A DNA stretch of 64,000 nt from Mobula hypostoma (Eukaryota): positions 13,082,001-13,146,000 of the forward strand of contig NC_086108.1 in the NCBI RefSeq assembly GCF_963921235.1, read 5' to 3'. Made by a program: the position numbers and the translations under genes. The number at the start of each line of letters is the position of its first letter. Positions within the stretch are counted from its first letter, which is position 1. Positions 63,822-64,000 of this stretch are shown here, piece after piece. The notes beneath the pieces are model-generated. The model did no database searches and was not told the origin of the DNA. It was given only the letters and a program-made list of their open reading frames with translations.

Positions 63822-64000
63822 GTCTGCTGCTGTAGCCCATCCACTTCGGAGTTTGACATGTTGTGCTTTCAGAGATGCCCTTCCGCACACCACTGTTGTA
63901 ACGCGTGGTTATTTTAGTTACTTTCAGCTTCCTCTCAGCTTGAACCAGTGTGGCCACTCTGACCTCTCTCATGAACCAGGGGTTTTTTACCCACAGAACT
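63822..64000 (-). mobile_element. Tc1-like transposase fragment (runs off the window edge)
   Basis: LVQAERK..VTKITTRYNSG..K.ISEST...T.KWMGYSSR. Confidence 0.7.

Overview
Eukaryotic genomic DNA. The repeat content (CR1, Rex1/Babar, Penelope, V-SINE-like) suggests a cartilaginous fish, probably a ray or skate; this is inference. The window covers the central part of a + strand latent TGF-beta binding protein gene, most like LTBP4. It has nine calcium-binding-EGF-type exons and the first exon of the TGF-beta-binding third 8-Cys (TB3) domain, all phase 1-1, within large transposon-filled introns. Main observations: (1) An internal tandem duplication of a two-exon cbEGF cassette (A-B ... A'-B'). 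B' encodes the same peptide as B, A' has a shuffled cysteine pattern, and identity between copies is confined to islands around the exons. (2) A TB3 LAP-binding loop (CRIYQCP) intermediate between LTBP4 and LTBP1/3. (3) TSD-flanked fold-back Penelope-derived elements carrying minimal hammerhead ribozymes. (4) An RTE LINE with a twin-priming-type inversion. (5) A SCAN-like-gag Gypsy element with integrase before RT, containing a young CR1 that appears to have co-inserted about 690 bp of unrelated DNA. Most ORF-track entries are transposon fragments or noise. All comparisons were made by eye, and family names come from recalled motifs, not database searches.
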